A DNA stretch of 64,000 bases from Paraspadella gotoi. Lineage: Eukaryota; Animalia; Chaetognatha. The stretch's first letter is position 1. Every line of letters starts with the position of its first letter. The DNA is taken from NCBI GenBank assembly GCA_051294375.1, contig CM119270.1:12337676-12401675 (forward strand), given 5' to 3'. The position numbers and the translations under genes were made by a program. The notes beneath the pieces are model-generated. The model did no database searches and was not told where the DNA came from. It worked only from the letters and a program-made list of their open reading frames with translations. Shown here piece after piece: positions 51,498 to 64,000 of this stretch.

Positions 51498-54400
51498 TTA
51501 TTCTTTGATTTTTGGATTTCCCACTTGGATCTCTACTTCCACGTCTTCGTCCGCATCTTCCTTGTTTTCTTCCTGCTTTGCCCGATGTTCTTTTGTCGAG
51601 TTTGACGTTGAAGAGGCTGGAATGCAGGGGGCGACGCCGACTTCGATCTCTTCCTCTCGTTCTTCCTCGGATTGCTCTTTTTTCGCTTCGTCGAAAGCGG
51701 GCGAGTTTGTCTGATTATTCGAATCGTCGGATTGATGCGTCGTTTCCATGGATTGATTGACTGACTCGATGGACGACTCATTGGTCGGATTGACGGATCG
51801 ATTGCTTTGGCTTTCCAACGAAGGGGACGTTGACGAACTCACGCCGGCCGAAGATGGCGAAAGCTGATGAAAAAAGATCGCGTTAAAAAAATTGTCACGC
51901 AAAGTTCTTTCCCTCTAGTTACGTTGCGAAATACCTTTGTCAGGTCGTTTTCACTTTTAAGCTTGTTGACTTCTTCCCTTAGACCTTGAACGAGTTGCCA
52001 CAAGGCGTCTCTGTCTTGTTCCACCGTCTGTAGTCTCCTTTCCAATGCTTCGTTTTCCGTCTTTAGCCGTGTGTGACCCTGGATAATTCGCAAAAGGGTA
52101 AACAAATTGCGACTGATACGCGAACATTGAAGAAATGGTTCATGCAGTATGATTATTTGATTAGTCGGATTGATTTGTAAAATTAAAATGGAATTACAAT
52201 AAAACAATCGTCTTGGCTTGCGAATAAATTTGTCCCTGTGACGACGATAGACAATGTTTTGTCTTTACCTTTTTAAGTTCATCCGCGATTTTTTCAAAAG
52301 TATTCGTCTGTGTCTGTAACTGGATCGTCTGCTTCAAGGCATCACCGGTGAATCCAGCGACCTGGGAAAAGAATAAGAATTGAGAATGAATGGACTCACG
52401 CCTTCAACGAGTGAATAGCTCGAAGCTCTCCCCACTCTCACCCCCTCTTGCAGCCTCCGCTCGGCGTGGAGTCTCTTGAACCGCTCCTCGTGCCTCTGTC
52501 GCAAGACGGCGAACTCTTGCAGAAGCCTATGACGGAGACCCGGGTCGACTTTGGACGTGAAGGCGCGTTGGAGGAGAGCCATCTCCGAGTCGTAGGTCGA
52601 TTCATATTCAGAATCGGAGACTGGTGGAAGAGGAGGGAAAGAATGGGGAAGAGAAAAGAGGAAAGAAAAGAGGACAGAAGAGAAAAGAAAAAAAAATAAA
52701 GAGGAAAGAAAATAGGAAATGAATTAAGAGAGGAAGAGAGAAAGGGAGAGAAGTAAAAAAGCAAAGAAGAAGGCGGTGTAGAAGGAGAAAAGGGAAAAAG
52801 AAAAATAACGTGAAACGATTTGTCAAAAAAAAGTTTTGGATTCTGACAGATTTTGTGACTTGGTTGATTTACTTTTCGTATTTTAAATTATTATATTTGG
52901 CTGCGACTTAAGATATTTGTTTTCTTTGTAAGAAGGCGGTCTTTTGTTACAATTTCTTTTGACAAAATTTCAAATTTAAATATTTCTTATATTTTATTCA
53001 CTTTGATAAGTGTTGAAAATGCAAACATTTTTTTGCTAAAAAGATATTCGAAATCGTATTCGAACATCTGCAACTTCTTTCTCACAACATCAAATGACAA
53101 AAATAAAAAGGAATTTTAAACTTACCTTTCCCGCAATTCGAATCGGCGTTTGGCAGTGATTCCGCTTCCATATACTGGCTCTCGTCTTTGGGTGGTTCTT
53201 GCGAGTGGACGAACAGTTTGACATCATCGAGGGACGACTGGCCTTTGGCGGTGACATTGAAAGGAGAGGGGGTGGACGGTTGGGGAGTGGCGGAAGAGGG
53301 GGCGACAGGTGGTGCCAAACCGACGGAGCGGGGTGGGGCAGTGTGGGTCAACGGCGCCAGCGCCACATTGGGCTGGAAATGACGCTCGTATCTAGGAAAG
53401 GAAGAAAAACGCCGCTTTCAATATTTTTTCAAGGAAAGAATAATTGATTATTAGATTTTCTAAGATTAAACGACTTTCCAAGATTAATTAACTTTGTAAA
53501 TTTAGTAATTCGTAAACAAGTGATACTGTAGCTGTCGGTTAACGATAATTGGTACATTGGGGTGTTAAAACAGATATTACTTTCTCCCTTTCTTTCACAC
53601 ACTCATACCTCCCCTGTTCCGAGAAGGGAATAACTCGCTCTGGATTCAAGAGGATGGGCGGACCCGCGCTAAGAAACGCTGGAAGGTCTCGCGACGCGCT
53701 GAAAACAAATACGAAACTAAAAAACTAAAAACAATCAGAATATATGACACTCGTTTAAAAATGTCAATTTACTAATAAGGCCGAAGGGAAATTAAAACAA
53801 AACAAATTCTAGTCTATTTTTACCATCATCTATGAACCTCTTGTGTTAATTAAATTTAATTATAAGAGATTATTACATAGGCGTAAATTGTATTTATACA
53901 TTCCTATACACTAATCAAACGAGTCTACTACATCCCACTTTAAAGTTTTAACAACGAGTCCCAGACAGCATATTTTATAAATTTGTCTCGCGGGGGTCAA
54001 ATCAACTTTCAACCTTTTTAAATCCCCCCTCTCTGTTATCTCTACGTATTACGTTATTTTCACCTCTTGAATTTCTCGTCAGGACCGACGTTCCAAGGCA
54101 TAAAAGCTGATAATTGACTAGCGCCGGAGTCGGCCGAGGGGCAGTCGTTACTGCAATTGCTACAGCTACTAGAGTTGCTGCAGCTTTGATCCGAGGAGCT
54201 GATCTGAATCTTTGGTTTCTTGCTACAGTCGCAGTCCGAAGTCTCCTTCTGCAAAAAATACATTTTAAAGCAAAGACCCGCATGAAAATATGTATTGTAC
54301 TATATAATACGATATTGAAAAAAAAAAAGAACTCTCTCTCTCAACGAGATTAGCGGGTATCTCCCGTCGGTCTCATTTTTTTAATCGCATTTAAAACGAA

Positions 54401-57400
54401 GGAATTTAAAAACTGGGTCAATGTATCTAAAAATATCGGACACATTTTAAGAGTCACACTTTTTTTTCCCCACTTCAACTTCACAATATCACGTGACTTT
54501 GTGTTTTTCTTTCGTTTTCACAATTTTCTCACTTAAAATTCTTGGGATCAAAGTCGACCCGATAGGTGAGACGTCGCGTCGCAGGGCGTTTTAATTCAAT
54601 CGTTACTCTGATCCTCTTCCTAATCTATATCCTCCCCAAAATAAAAGACGTGTGAAAATAAAAAAAAAATCCCATGTTTTCGCCAAATATTTAATCTTTG
54701 GATCTTGGCTAAAGTCCGTTGTTTTGTTTTTTTTTTTAATCCAGATATATCTGAGAATGATTTATGAATTTGACGAATGACTTTTTTTTATTGAAAAAAA
54801 GTGTTGCGTCACAGATGACAATAGATAATCACGTTTTGAATCGCATTATTTTTTTTTTTTTGACCAGGGCCTTCAAACCAATTTGAAATCGTGTGGACGC
54901 CACAAACAAGTCAACAATAGTGAGCTCTTTGACGAAGCGTTGGATTTCATATGTTAAATCCATTTTGAAAATGTGTCACTTCTTATTTTCGCCCCAAACG
55001 AAATGATCACTTAAGTTTATCTTTTAAAAAACCCAGAGAAATTTTAAAGATACGAAAATAAAGGTCAAATCCTCTTTCCGTTTTTTTTTTCTTAAACGTA
55101 TATAAAAAAACAGAAAAAAATAATTTGAGATCAGAATGATAAGATTAATTTTTTTTTCTTAATATATCCACGAATGACAAGCTGCCTTTTAAAGAATATT
55201 AGTAGAAAAAAAACTTGACATCATTTTCGATTTCTTGGGTACAGTACATTGCCTCTGAAATTTTTCATGTACTTTTTGGTGCCATTAGATATTATATAAT
55301 TATTATTATCGTTATCTAATTAGTTCTTCTAATTAATTTAGGTCTGCTCTCGTATGTAAGTAGCCATCCCAATTAAACATTTTTTTTCCTGGTGGGATTC
55401 CATTAATTTTAAGTTCTATTGTTTCTCATCTAGCGTAATATCCCCTGAGAGAATGAAAACTAAAGAAAAGGAATCAGATAAACAGTGTAGAAAAATTACT
55501 ATTATTTCACGAAAATTGTATAAATATTTTGAGGTCAAGCAATCGAGATTCTTTCTCTTAACCTTCGAATCATTTGGAAATTTTCCTGACCTTTCCACTT
55601 ATCCGTCTTTTACCTAACCTCGGTCAACATCTTTCTCTTTTTATATCTTTCTCTCTTTCTCTCTCAGACAGACAGAGACAGACAAAATAAAAGATAAAGA
55701 GAATTGTGGCGGTATATTCACACCGCCTAGCCTCCAGCTTCATTCTGCCAATCTCATTGGCTCAGAGGGAGAACGAACCATCCCAAGAGTTACGTTCCAT
55801 CCACAGTCCTAACCGACTTCCCTGGGTTGGCAAATACGAGACCGTTCTCGGGTAACCGCGCCTGTGGCCGGTGCCGCCACTGAGGGTCGGAAGTTCCTAA
55901 AGCCAATGGGCATCACAGGCAACTGGGCTGTTGCTATAGAAGCAGATAAACAGAGACAAATAAAGATTGAGAGTAAGAGACAGATGGGGAGAAAGAGTGA
56001 CCAATAAATTGTGCTAAAAACTCACCCCACCCGTCCTGAACACTTTCAATTCCAGGATCCCCTCACCTTTCTCTTAATCCTCGTCAAGTTAAACTTCTCC
56101 TTTAAATCGTCCAACGTCGATTGATGCTTCTCTTCATTCTCTTGATCTGGACTCAGCAAAAGGTAAGATCTCCAGTTGGCCGAGTCAAACCCCCAGTGAC
56201 ACGTCTTGTTCTCCGTGGCCCGGTGGGAGTGGACGACGAACTTGTCCGGGCTGAACACCCCCGCGCACTCCAGACACTCGATGGCCCTCGCCGTCGCCGC
56301 CACGTAGAGGTCCGGGTGAAAAATGCCCCGGCATTTGCCGAAACATTCGTGGTACACCTTGAAAAAGTTCTTGAGGTTGGGCGTCTCCCTCAGCGGAAAG
56401 GGCGTCCTGTGCAGCAGGGAGTTGCAGAGTCGCTCCGCGTCCGTCTTGGTGATGAGGCCGCAGGAGGGCGCTGAGACGGGCAACACACCGGTCACCTTGA
56501 GCACGTCCAGCTGGTCCGGAGTGCAACGGGAGCAGTATATGTGCAACTCGTCGCAGACAGAATTGATCTCGGCCAGGGAAAAGTCGCGCAGGACCGTGTT
56601 GAGGATCTGCGGGAGACAGAGGCGTCGCTCGCCGCCGACGTTGAAGCAGGCGATGACCTCGTGCTCGAGAAGAGTCTCTTCCTTGTCGCAGTTGTTGTCC
56701 GGGGGGAGAAAGATGGGGGCGGCTGGGAGGGAAGGGGGATGAGGGGTGGTAGGAGTGGAACAGGGTGGGACGGTAGGGGTCGATGGGTGAGGGGGTTTGA
56801 CGACCATGGGAGGGGCGTGCCAAATCCCCGGAGGGGGCGATCGTTCGTCCTGGACCTTCTCTTGGATGGCGACTGGGGCTGGGGCGTGGTCGAGGGTCGA
56901 CGGGTGATGGAGAGAGACTTTGGGCGGGACGACGGGGACGCTCGGCGGAGGATCGAGTTTGACGACTTGAGCCGCGTGCGCTTGGGAGAGGGCGATCGCC
57001 TGGTGATGGAGGAAGGGGAAGGATTCAGTGATGATGATTGATTGATTGATTGGTTGAAAATTAAGAGATTACTTTTCCGTGATAGAGATATTATGTTTTG
57101 AGTTACACGTATCTTGTTTATAAACTGATTGACAACGAAAGTAAACCTAGATACGTACGACTTAGTTAACTTTTAATTTTAAAAAATAAATTAATAATAG
57201 CGGTTACAAACTCATCATAATTTAAAAAAAGATCAAATCTTCAAAAGTTTAAAACCACCCTAAACGACGCCCATAAATTGGCATTTCCTGCGTATAAATC
57301 TTCAAATATAAAAAAAACCAATAGAGAAAAGATCATAATTATTGCTGATTCTTTTGTTTTAAACAAAAATAAACCGCAGCGACAGAAAAAAAAAGAAAGA

Positions 57401-59057
57401 AGGAGCAATGTCATGAATCTGTAAATGGAACAACAACCTAGAAAAGGAAACGTAATACATTTAAAAACAACAACGAAAAGAGAGATACTGAAGGACGAGA
57501 ACCTTTCTTTTTGCAAGAAGAATCGTTCAGGAACAATGGGAACAATTGACGGAACATGAAACGTCAAGAGGCAATAAAGGAACTTTTATCTCGTATATCT
57601 TTTTATATACTGTTATACTTCAGGTTAGATTTAGTCACTCGGGAGGATTCTTTTAAAACTTCTTTCTTTATTTCACATGAGAAACATAGTGCCTAAAATT
57701 CGTAGCTAATTTACACGAAAATTTTTTTGGGGATCAACTCTTAACCCTCAACCCTTCCGCGTAAAACTTGATACAAAAGGGACATTCATTCATTCATTCA
57801 TTCATTCATTCAAAACATGAAATATATACATATATCTATTTTTAGTATTTTTAAGGGAGACTATACCGAGAGAAAAACATTATATCAACCTTTTAATTAA
57901 AACTTTGTAAAGAAAAAGAAAACTTTTCTTTTCTTGAATATCAACCTCATAAAATTTAGACTTCGAATCAAAATATCATATAGCAATAATTTAACTTGGT
58001 CATGATGATACATTTATTAACTTATACATTGATTTCTAACTAAAGTTATTCAATTCCTCAGATAATTAATCATGAATTCAAAATTGTAATCTTTAATTTC
58101 CAAAAAAAAAGTTGGACCATGAAACTTGAAGCTACGAAAAAAAGATTTTTAATTTCTTCATATACATACAATATATTATACTTATATATCAATTTTAAGA
58201 GAATATTTATCTTAGTAAATTTTCATTTTTAGGGCTCAAGCTTTAGAAGATAGTCATGAGAAATATTTTTTAAAAAATATTTTCCTAGAGCTTAATATAA
58301 TATAATATGACGTTAACCGAAATTTTTATTATACAATAAACGCGGGTTTCTCTTCCTTGAAGCAAATAGGAAGGGTGGAGTCCAAATGAAGGTCAGTTAA
58401 AAATTAAGTCAATTAGTCAGGCATTGGAGCGGAGAAGACTAATGCCTAAACTGATTTAGTGACAATAGCATCAAGGCATAGTATTAAAACATATATAAAA
58501 TAAAAGATTGCAAAAAACTTCGTAGTTTAGCGATAAAATATTCTTTTTAATTATCTAAATGAGAAAGAAAAATGGAAAAGGGAGGAAAGAAAAAAAAAAA
58601 AAAGAAATGATAACGAGACAAAGAATTTGTTTAGTTAAGTCAGTTGGTGACTGAGGAATATGTGAATATGTTGGCAAATTGTAAAAATTGTGACTAATCC
58701 ACTCTTAAATCAATCTTAATTATTTAAAAATACAGCCATATCAGTAAAAACTTTAAATGACAATTGTACTTAATACCTACCTTTCCAGGGTTCTTCCTAC
58801 TCCACAATTTCCCCTCATTTCATCAGATTTAATCAATCCCCTTTAACCCTTACCTTATTGGTCTCGCGCTCCAACGCCTTCTTGTACGCCTCGTACTCGT
58901 ACTCCAGCGGAAACTTGGCGACGGCTGCGGCGGCTGAAGCGGCAGCGGCGATGCGCTTGGCGTTGTAAGAACTAGGTCCGCTGAGCGAAGACGCCGCCGC
59001 CACCTGGTAGCTTTTCAGCACCTTGCGGAGGTGCGGGTGGAAAGGCACAGGCTCCAT
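51498..59057 (-). CDS. SKI: Ski/SnoN family transcriptional co-repressor
   Basis: Exons 59057-58854 ([23 protein letters not shown], the Ski R-Smad-binding motif), 56999-56067 (DHD: [16 protein letters not shown]...[14 protein letters not shown]; SAND: YHECFGKC...[15 protein letters not shown]), 54248-54064, 53698-53609, 53391-53126 (FQPNVALAP), 52620-~52400, 52361-52269, 52078-51935 (coiled coil), 51863-51498. Confidence 0.95.
55705..55945 (+). mobile_element. GC-rich structured interspersed element in a Ski intron (retroposon-like)
   Basis: GC-rich insert in AT/AG-rich flanks, with hairpins GGCGGT/ACCGCC and GCCAAT/ATTGGC, the twister motif, and a 3' end GGGCTGTTGCTATAGAAG reminiscent of RTE-type LINE/SINE tails (from memory). 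Confidence 0.55.
55826..55907 (+). ncRNA. Putative type-P5 twister ribozyme
   Basis: GUUGGC(P5) AAAU ACGA(P2') GACC GUUCUCGGG UAA CCGC GCC U GUGGC..GCCAC(P3) UG AGGG UCGGAAGU UCCU(P4/L4) AAA GCCAAU(P5'). T1 = CC/GG; predicted cut between 55853 and 55854. Confidence 0.72.
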
Positions 59058-60054
59058 AGCGGTGGGAGGGAGAGGGCGTGGTAGAAGCGGGACGTAGGGG
59101 CGTTAGATGACGGGGGAAGGGGGAGTGGCTGAACCGGGACAGACTACGTTGGTTGAGAGGCTAAATGAAGGAGGAGAGAAAAACCATAACTAAAAAATGA
59201 ACACTTCAAGTCTTTATGAACAACCAATCAAAATTTCGATCAATACAGTGAAAAAAAATCCAAAAATAAATCAAAATATGAAAAATAAAATGAACAAAAA
59301 CTAATCGATACATAAAAAAATCAAACAGATTAATAAATCATATAGAATAAATAAATTTTTCCAATAAATACACAAATCAATGACTGAAATCAATAATAAA
59401 ATTAATTAACCAATCAAATTATTAAAATTAATCTAACGAATCAATCAAACAGCGTACGAATCAATCAAACCACGTTTACCCATTCCGTTCATTTCGGCTT
59501 CGGCATATCTTCTCGATTCGACGCTCCACCCTCGGGCTTCGAAGATTCGAATTGTATCCAACGCGTTACATTAATGTCATGTTGATTTTACAGTTGGTTT
59601 TTTTTTTCTTCGAAGTCGAATCCAAAATCGATAATCGCGGTTCAACAATTAAACATAAAATAACAACCTTCGACCGCAAAAAAAAAAAAGAGAAAAAGAA
59701 AAAGATTAAAAATCGATTATTAATTGGTATTCACATCGCGTTTTGATCGCGATTAGTTGGGGTTTTCACATCGCGCTTGGATCGCTTTTCGCTCGCCTGC
59801 GATGTAATCGTCTTTAAAACATGGGGGTTGAGATTTCTCTTTCTCTCTTTCTCTCTTTCTGATCCGCCAACCATACAACCAATGATCTCTCTCTCTCTTT
59901 TTCTCTCTCCACCCGGGAGAAAGCCAAAAAAAAAACACTTGTTTTCTTTTATGTCGTTCTTTTCATTTTCTGTTTCGTTCTTTATTTTTTGCTTTTTTTT
60001 TGTTTTGTCCACCGACGGATTTTTACTTTCGTTTTTATAAAATCGAAGGCGAGA

Positions 60055-60088
<34 letters not shown>

Positions 60089-60158
60089 CGATTTAAGGAG
60101 GCTAGGCTGCAAACTGCTCCGGAGAGAGACGAGAGACGAAAGAGAGAGAGAGAGAGGG

Positions 60159-60200
<42 letters not shown>

Positions 60201-60217
60201 CAGACGGACAGACAGAC

Positions 60218-60290
<73 letters not shown>

Positions 60291-60741
60291 AGGAGAGAGA
60301 GAGAGAGAGAGAGAGAGATGGATGAAAAGGGGATGATGTATTCGAACACTCCGTCGGTTTGATCGTCGTCGTCGTTGTCGTCGTCGCCGTCGTCGTCTTC
60401 GTTCGACCCAACAGACTGTATTTGCTGCAGGCGAGTCTGGTCCTCGTGAGGAGGAGGAGGAAGAGGAAGGAGAAAAGAGGCGAGGGAGAGGAGGAGGTGG
60501 AGGAGGAAAGGCCTCGCCGCCTCGCGGCGCGGCAACGCAGCGGGGCGGCGTTTCTCTCTTGTTACAGGGAGTTCTGCCCAGACTTAGGATTCGGAGTCGG
60601 AAAGTGAGACTGAATGGGATACAGGGTTTTCCCAATCAAAATCTCTTTTCAGGTAAAAAAATATTTTGAACGTAGTCCTAATTTCTAGCAATATATATTT
60701 TTTTTATTATATGATAATCCTTTCTTTTCGTTGTAAATGAT

Positions 60742-60817
60742 TTAGAGAAAAACAAAGTTTTATTAGTTTCAATAAAAACAAATTCGTTGAAACTAATAAA
60801 ACTTTGTTTTTCTCTAA
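60742..60817. repeat. Perfect 31-bp inverted repeat with 14-nt loop
   Basis: TTAGAGAAAAACAAAGTTTTATTAGTTTCAA / TTGAAACTAATAAAACTTTGTTTTTCTCTAA. Confidence 0.95.
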
Positions 60818-61284
60818 TTTTTTTTATTATAATTTTTTCAAATAATTTTCAAACTGTTAAATTCCATTTCATGTTCTTTTAATGTTTATGTTTAAAAAAA
60901 TTATATAATAAAATTTTTAAAAATATTTAGATATATACATATAATTAAAATTAAAATCATAAAATTATAATGAAAAAATATTCTAGATTTATAAGTTTTG
61001 CTATATTTATAAAAACATTTTGAATTCAAACAACGTATTTAATCCGCGCCAGAGACATGAAAATAATATGATTTGGTTTTCACCCCGAGGATTTCAATGA
61101 AAATAATTGTTCAAAAAAAAATAATAACTGCGGAGAAACGTACCCAGAGACGCGACCCTGATAAACAACTGGGTTTAGGATAACCTCGTAGGCCGCTCTC
61201 TCTATGTCTCTCTCTCTCCTTCTCTCTTGCTGAGACGAAAGAGCAGAGCCAAAGGAAAGCGAAAGAAGGGGAGTCTAGGTTTTC

Positions 61285-61328
<44 letters not shown>

Positions 61329-61592
61329 CTCGGCCTTTCGCTGTCTCGGACTGCAGATTTTGTCAGCGTGACTGCGCCGACGTCTCGATGCGTTTCAGTC
61401 TGAGACTCGTTAAAGCCAATGAGAGTGGAACCGGACACGTCGTATTTTTGAGAGTGGAAAGTAGAGCGTCGCCGCTTGTGAGAGAAACGAGATTGGGAAG
61501 AATTTCGTTTTCAAAAAAATGTGCAACTATTTGGTGAATTGAGTACTTATGTCGACAGTTGGTAATATTAGTTACTTTTGAGGCATCCATGC

Positions 61593-61793
61593 ATCAATCA
61601 ATAAATAAATCAATAAATAAATCAATAAATAAATCAATAAATAAATCAATAAATAAATCAATAAATAAATCAATAAATAAATCAATAAATAAATCAATAA
61701 ATAAATCAATAAATAAATCAATAAATAAATCAATAAATAAATCAATAAATAAATCAATAAATAAATCAATAAATAAATCAATAAATAAATCAA

Positions 61794-61884
<91 letters not shown>

Positions 61885-61910
61885 ATCAAATCAATAAATC
61901 AATCAATAAA
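61593..61910 (+). repeat. Compound tandem repeat (AATAAATAAATC)n grading into (AAAT)n
   Basis: Directly visible; source of the SINK/LLIY pseudo-ORFs. Confidence 0.97.
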
Positions 61911-62982
61911 TCTGTGGAAGACGATGCCAATAAATAAATGAAATAAATCAAATATATAAATAAATTTAAAAAAAATTAAAATAAAAAAAGGGTTAAAAAG
62001 CAGTGAATGCTTAGGTATGATAAATAATAATAAAGATACAAGTAGAATTATGTAAAAACTGAATAAAAGTAATATAGCTGTGAATATCTAAAATTGAGGA
62101 AAATGAATTTTATCCTTTCCAAAGTCGACAGTAGCACCTGAGACTTAAACGGGCGAAAGTCTAAAATAGATGCGGTTGGCGATTCTGGAATGCGTGAGTT
62201 GGCTGACCGAAAAAGTGGAATGTGTGACGTTATTTATCTGATTCCACTCTCAATAATGTTTGGTTTGCTAAACTATTTTCCTCGTGAACAACTGAGAAAT
62301 CGGAAGGTAATTTAATATTGTTCATGAGTTTCTAAAACCATCCTAATCACAGACGTGCACGATTAAATATTTTTTTAAAATAATTTTTAATAATTTTTAT
62401 AAAGCTTAAGAATTACGTAGGAACAGCAACACAGACTCAGCCAAACTTTGTCAAGAAAGAAACAGTAATATCAGCATTCCTCAGATAAATTAATTCATGA
62501 TATATTCAGAACTACTTATAGTTAATAGCTATATTTGATTCATTGGAAGGGTATTTTAAACATTTTAAATCCCAAATACGGAAATTTTCGCTATCGTTTG
62601 CGTCAGATGGAATTGTGAGATTTAAAATAACGAAGCGTAGGTTTTCATTTTTTTTTTAACGTTAACGCATTTTCGGTAAAGGCATTTGAGATTTGGATTC
62701 GTGACCCAAACCGCATCACTTCTTATTCAATCAACCGAACCAAAGACGCGGTCCTAAAACCGTTACGCTAAACTGGCAGTTAAGCCTTCGGTCAGACGAT
62801 TTTTCGTTCGATCCAAAATCCGGATTCTCTCTCTCTCTCGCTCTCTCTCTCTCTCCTCGCTCTCTCGCTCTCTTTCTCGCTTTTGCTTTTGCTCTCGCTG
62901 TCTCGGTACGGTAGTGGTCAAACAAACTCGTACCGTCCTGCAGCGGTCGTGCTGACGAACGATCGATTCCTTGTCCCAAAGA

Positions 62983-63054
<72 letters not shown>

Positions 63055-64000
63055 GTGTGAACGTCCTTCCTCACGTCCGGCTGCGGTTTCGGGACGCAGA
63101 GGTTTGACCGTCGTTGATATTTTGGGAATTAGAATTTGTCTTTGTCGACGTCCCTTGTTGTTTTCCGTTGGTAAAAGTCTTTCCACGTCCGACAATCCAA
63201 AGCGTAATTTCGTTTCGTCGGTCTTAGGATTTCATTCGGTTTCGTCCGTTTCTTGATTTTTTTTTCAGTTTTATTAGATTATTACATTTAATAATTTTAA
63301 TTTCACGCGATTCAGTGTTTCTTTGGGAGGGGGGGGGAAATGTTGGCGTTATGCTTTCGTTGAAAATTCTTCACCCTTCCCCCGCATTCAATGTTTCGAA
63401 GGAATGTAATAATTGTAATAATTGCGGCAATCATGTTATGTTATGTTATGTCGCGGGTGTGCAAGGACGCAAAAAAGACTTGATCAGTCTGTACTACCTA
63501 TCGGACTCGAGCTGAGGAACACCCTGACCCATAACCGGAATGAAGACTGTTGTGAGAAAAAAACTGTTTCCAACTCCGATGATTGAAATTGTTGTTGTTC
63601 ATGTTGTTGTTTGAGAAAAGAGTTTAGTTGATCCCGCCCTTTTTTTTTTTATTTTACGGTAAATTAAATTAAGGTTTAAAAGCTGAAAGTTATTTCGTGA
63701 TATTTCATCGTAACTTCTTCTCATCCTGTTAATCATCGTTAATACCCTTCACCGACCTGTTGTTGTTATTAATGTTTCCGAAGAGATAATACTTGTTTAT
63801 TCTTTTGTTTTCTTGTTTTTTTCGCATGTCCTGCGGCTCCGGTCAAAGTGGGAAAGGAAAACGATTTTTTTTTTGGGGACGCCTACTGATCCGTTAATGA
63901 CGACCACGAAGACGACGACGACAGCGACGACGTCAACGACGACCACGCCAGAGACGACGATGATGGAGAGAGAGACATTGGAATCGCATTGCGGGGTCAA

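Noticed and set aside
56121-57041. Long overlapping ORFs on other frames and strands of Ski exon 2
   Set aside because: Shadow ORFs caused by GC-rich codon usage.
61559-61889. SINK/LLIY repeat ORFs; regular array superficially like CRISPR
   Set aside because: Pure 12-bp and 4-bp tandem repeat with no spacers, in a eukaryotic context.
63797-64000. Possible coding exon at the window end
   Set aside because: Low-complexity (GAC)n-rich and truncated; strand and frame cannot be determined.

Overview
AT-rich, microsatellite-rich, intron-containing animal (invertebrate-type) genomic DNA. Four spliced protein-coding genes can be reconstructed by hand: an R7-family RGS gene (RGS7/EGL-10-like, DEP-GGL-RGS, minus strand, ~14.4-19.9 kb), an Id/extramacrochaetae HLH gene (+, 40.6-42.1 kb), a mitochondrial-clan cytochrome P450 (+, 44.8-49.5 kb, one exon frameshifted) and a Ski/Sno co-repressor (minus, 51.5-59.1 kb). 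Bases 1-8520 are a noisy, indel-riddled second copy of 11269-19300, probably an assembly or haplotype artefact. The most interesting signal is non-coding. Three sequence-divergent short interspersed elements (31.7 kb; 46.5/47.7 kb; 55.8 kb) each fold into the same circularly permuted (type-P5) twister-ribozyme architecture, with compensatory changes in the T1 pseudoknot, P2 and P4 and different sequences forming P5. P1 is reduced to a short self-complementary linker, and two of the families carry a tRNA-derived Pol III head. A Penelope-type minimal hammerhead core lies at 43.2 kb. All structures were assigned by eye against recalled consensus models and need computational and biochemical confirmation.
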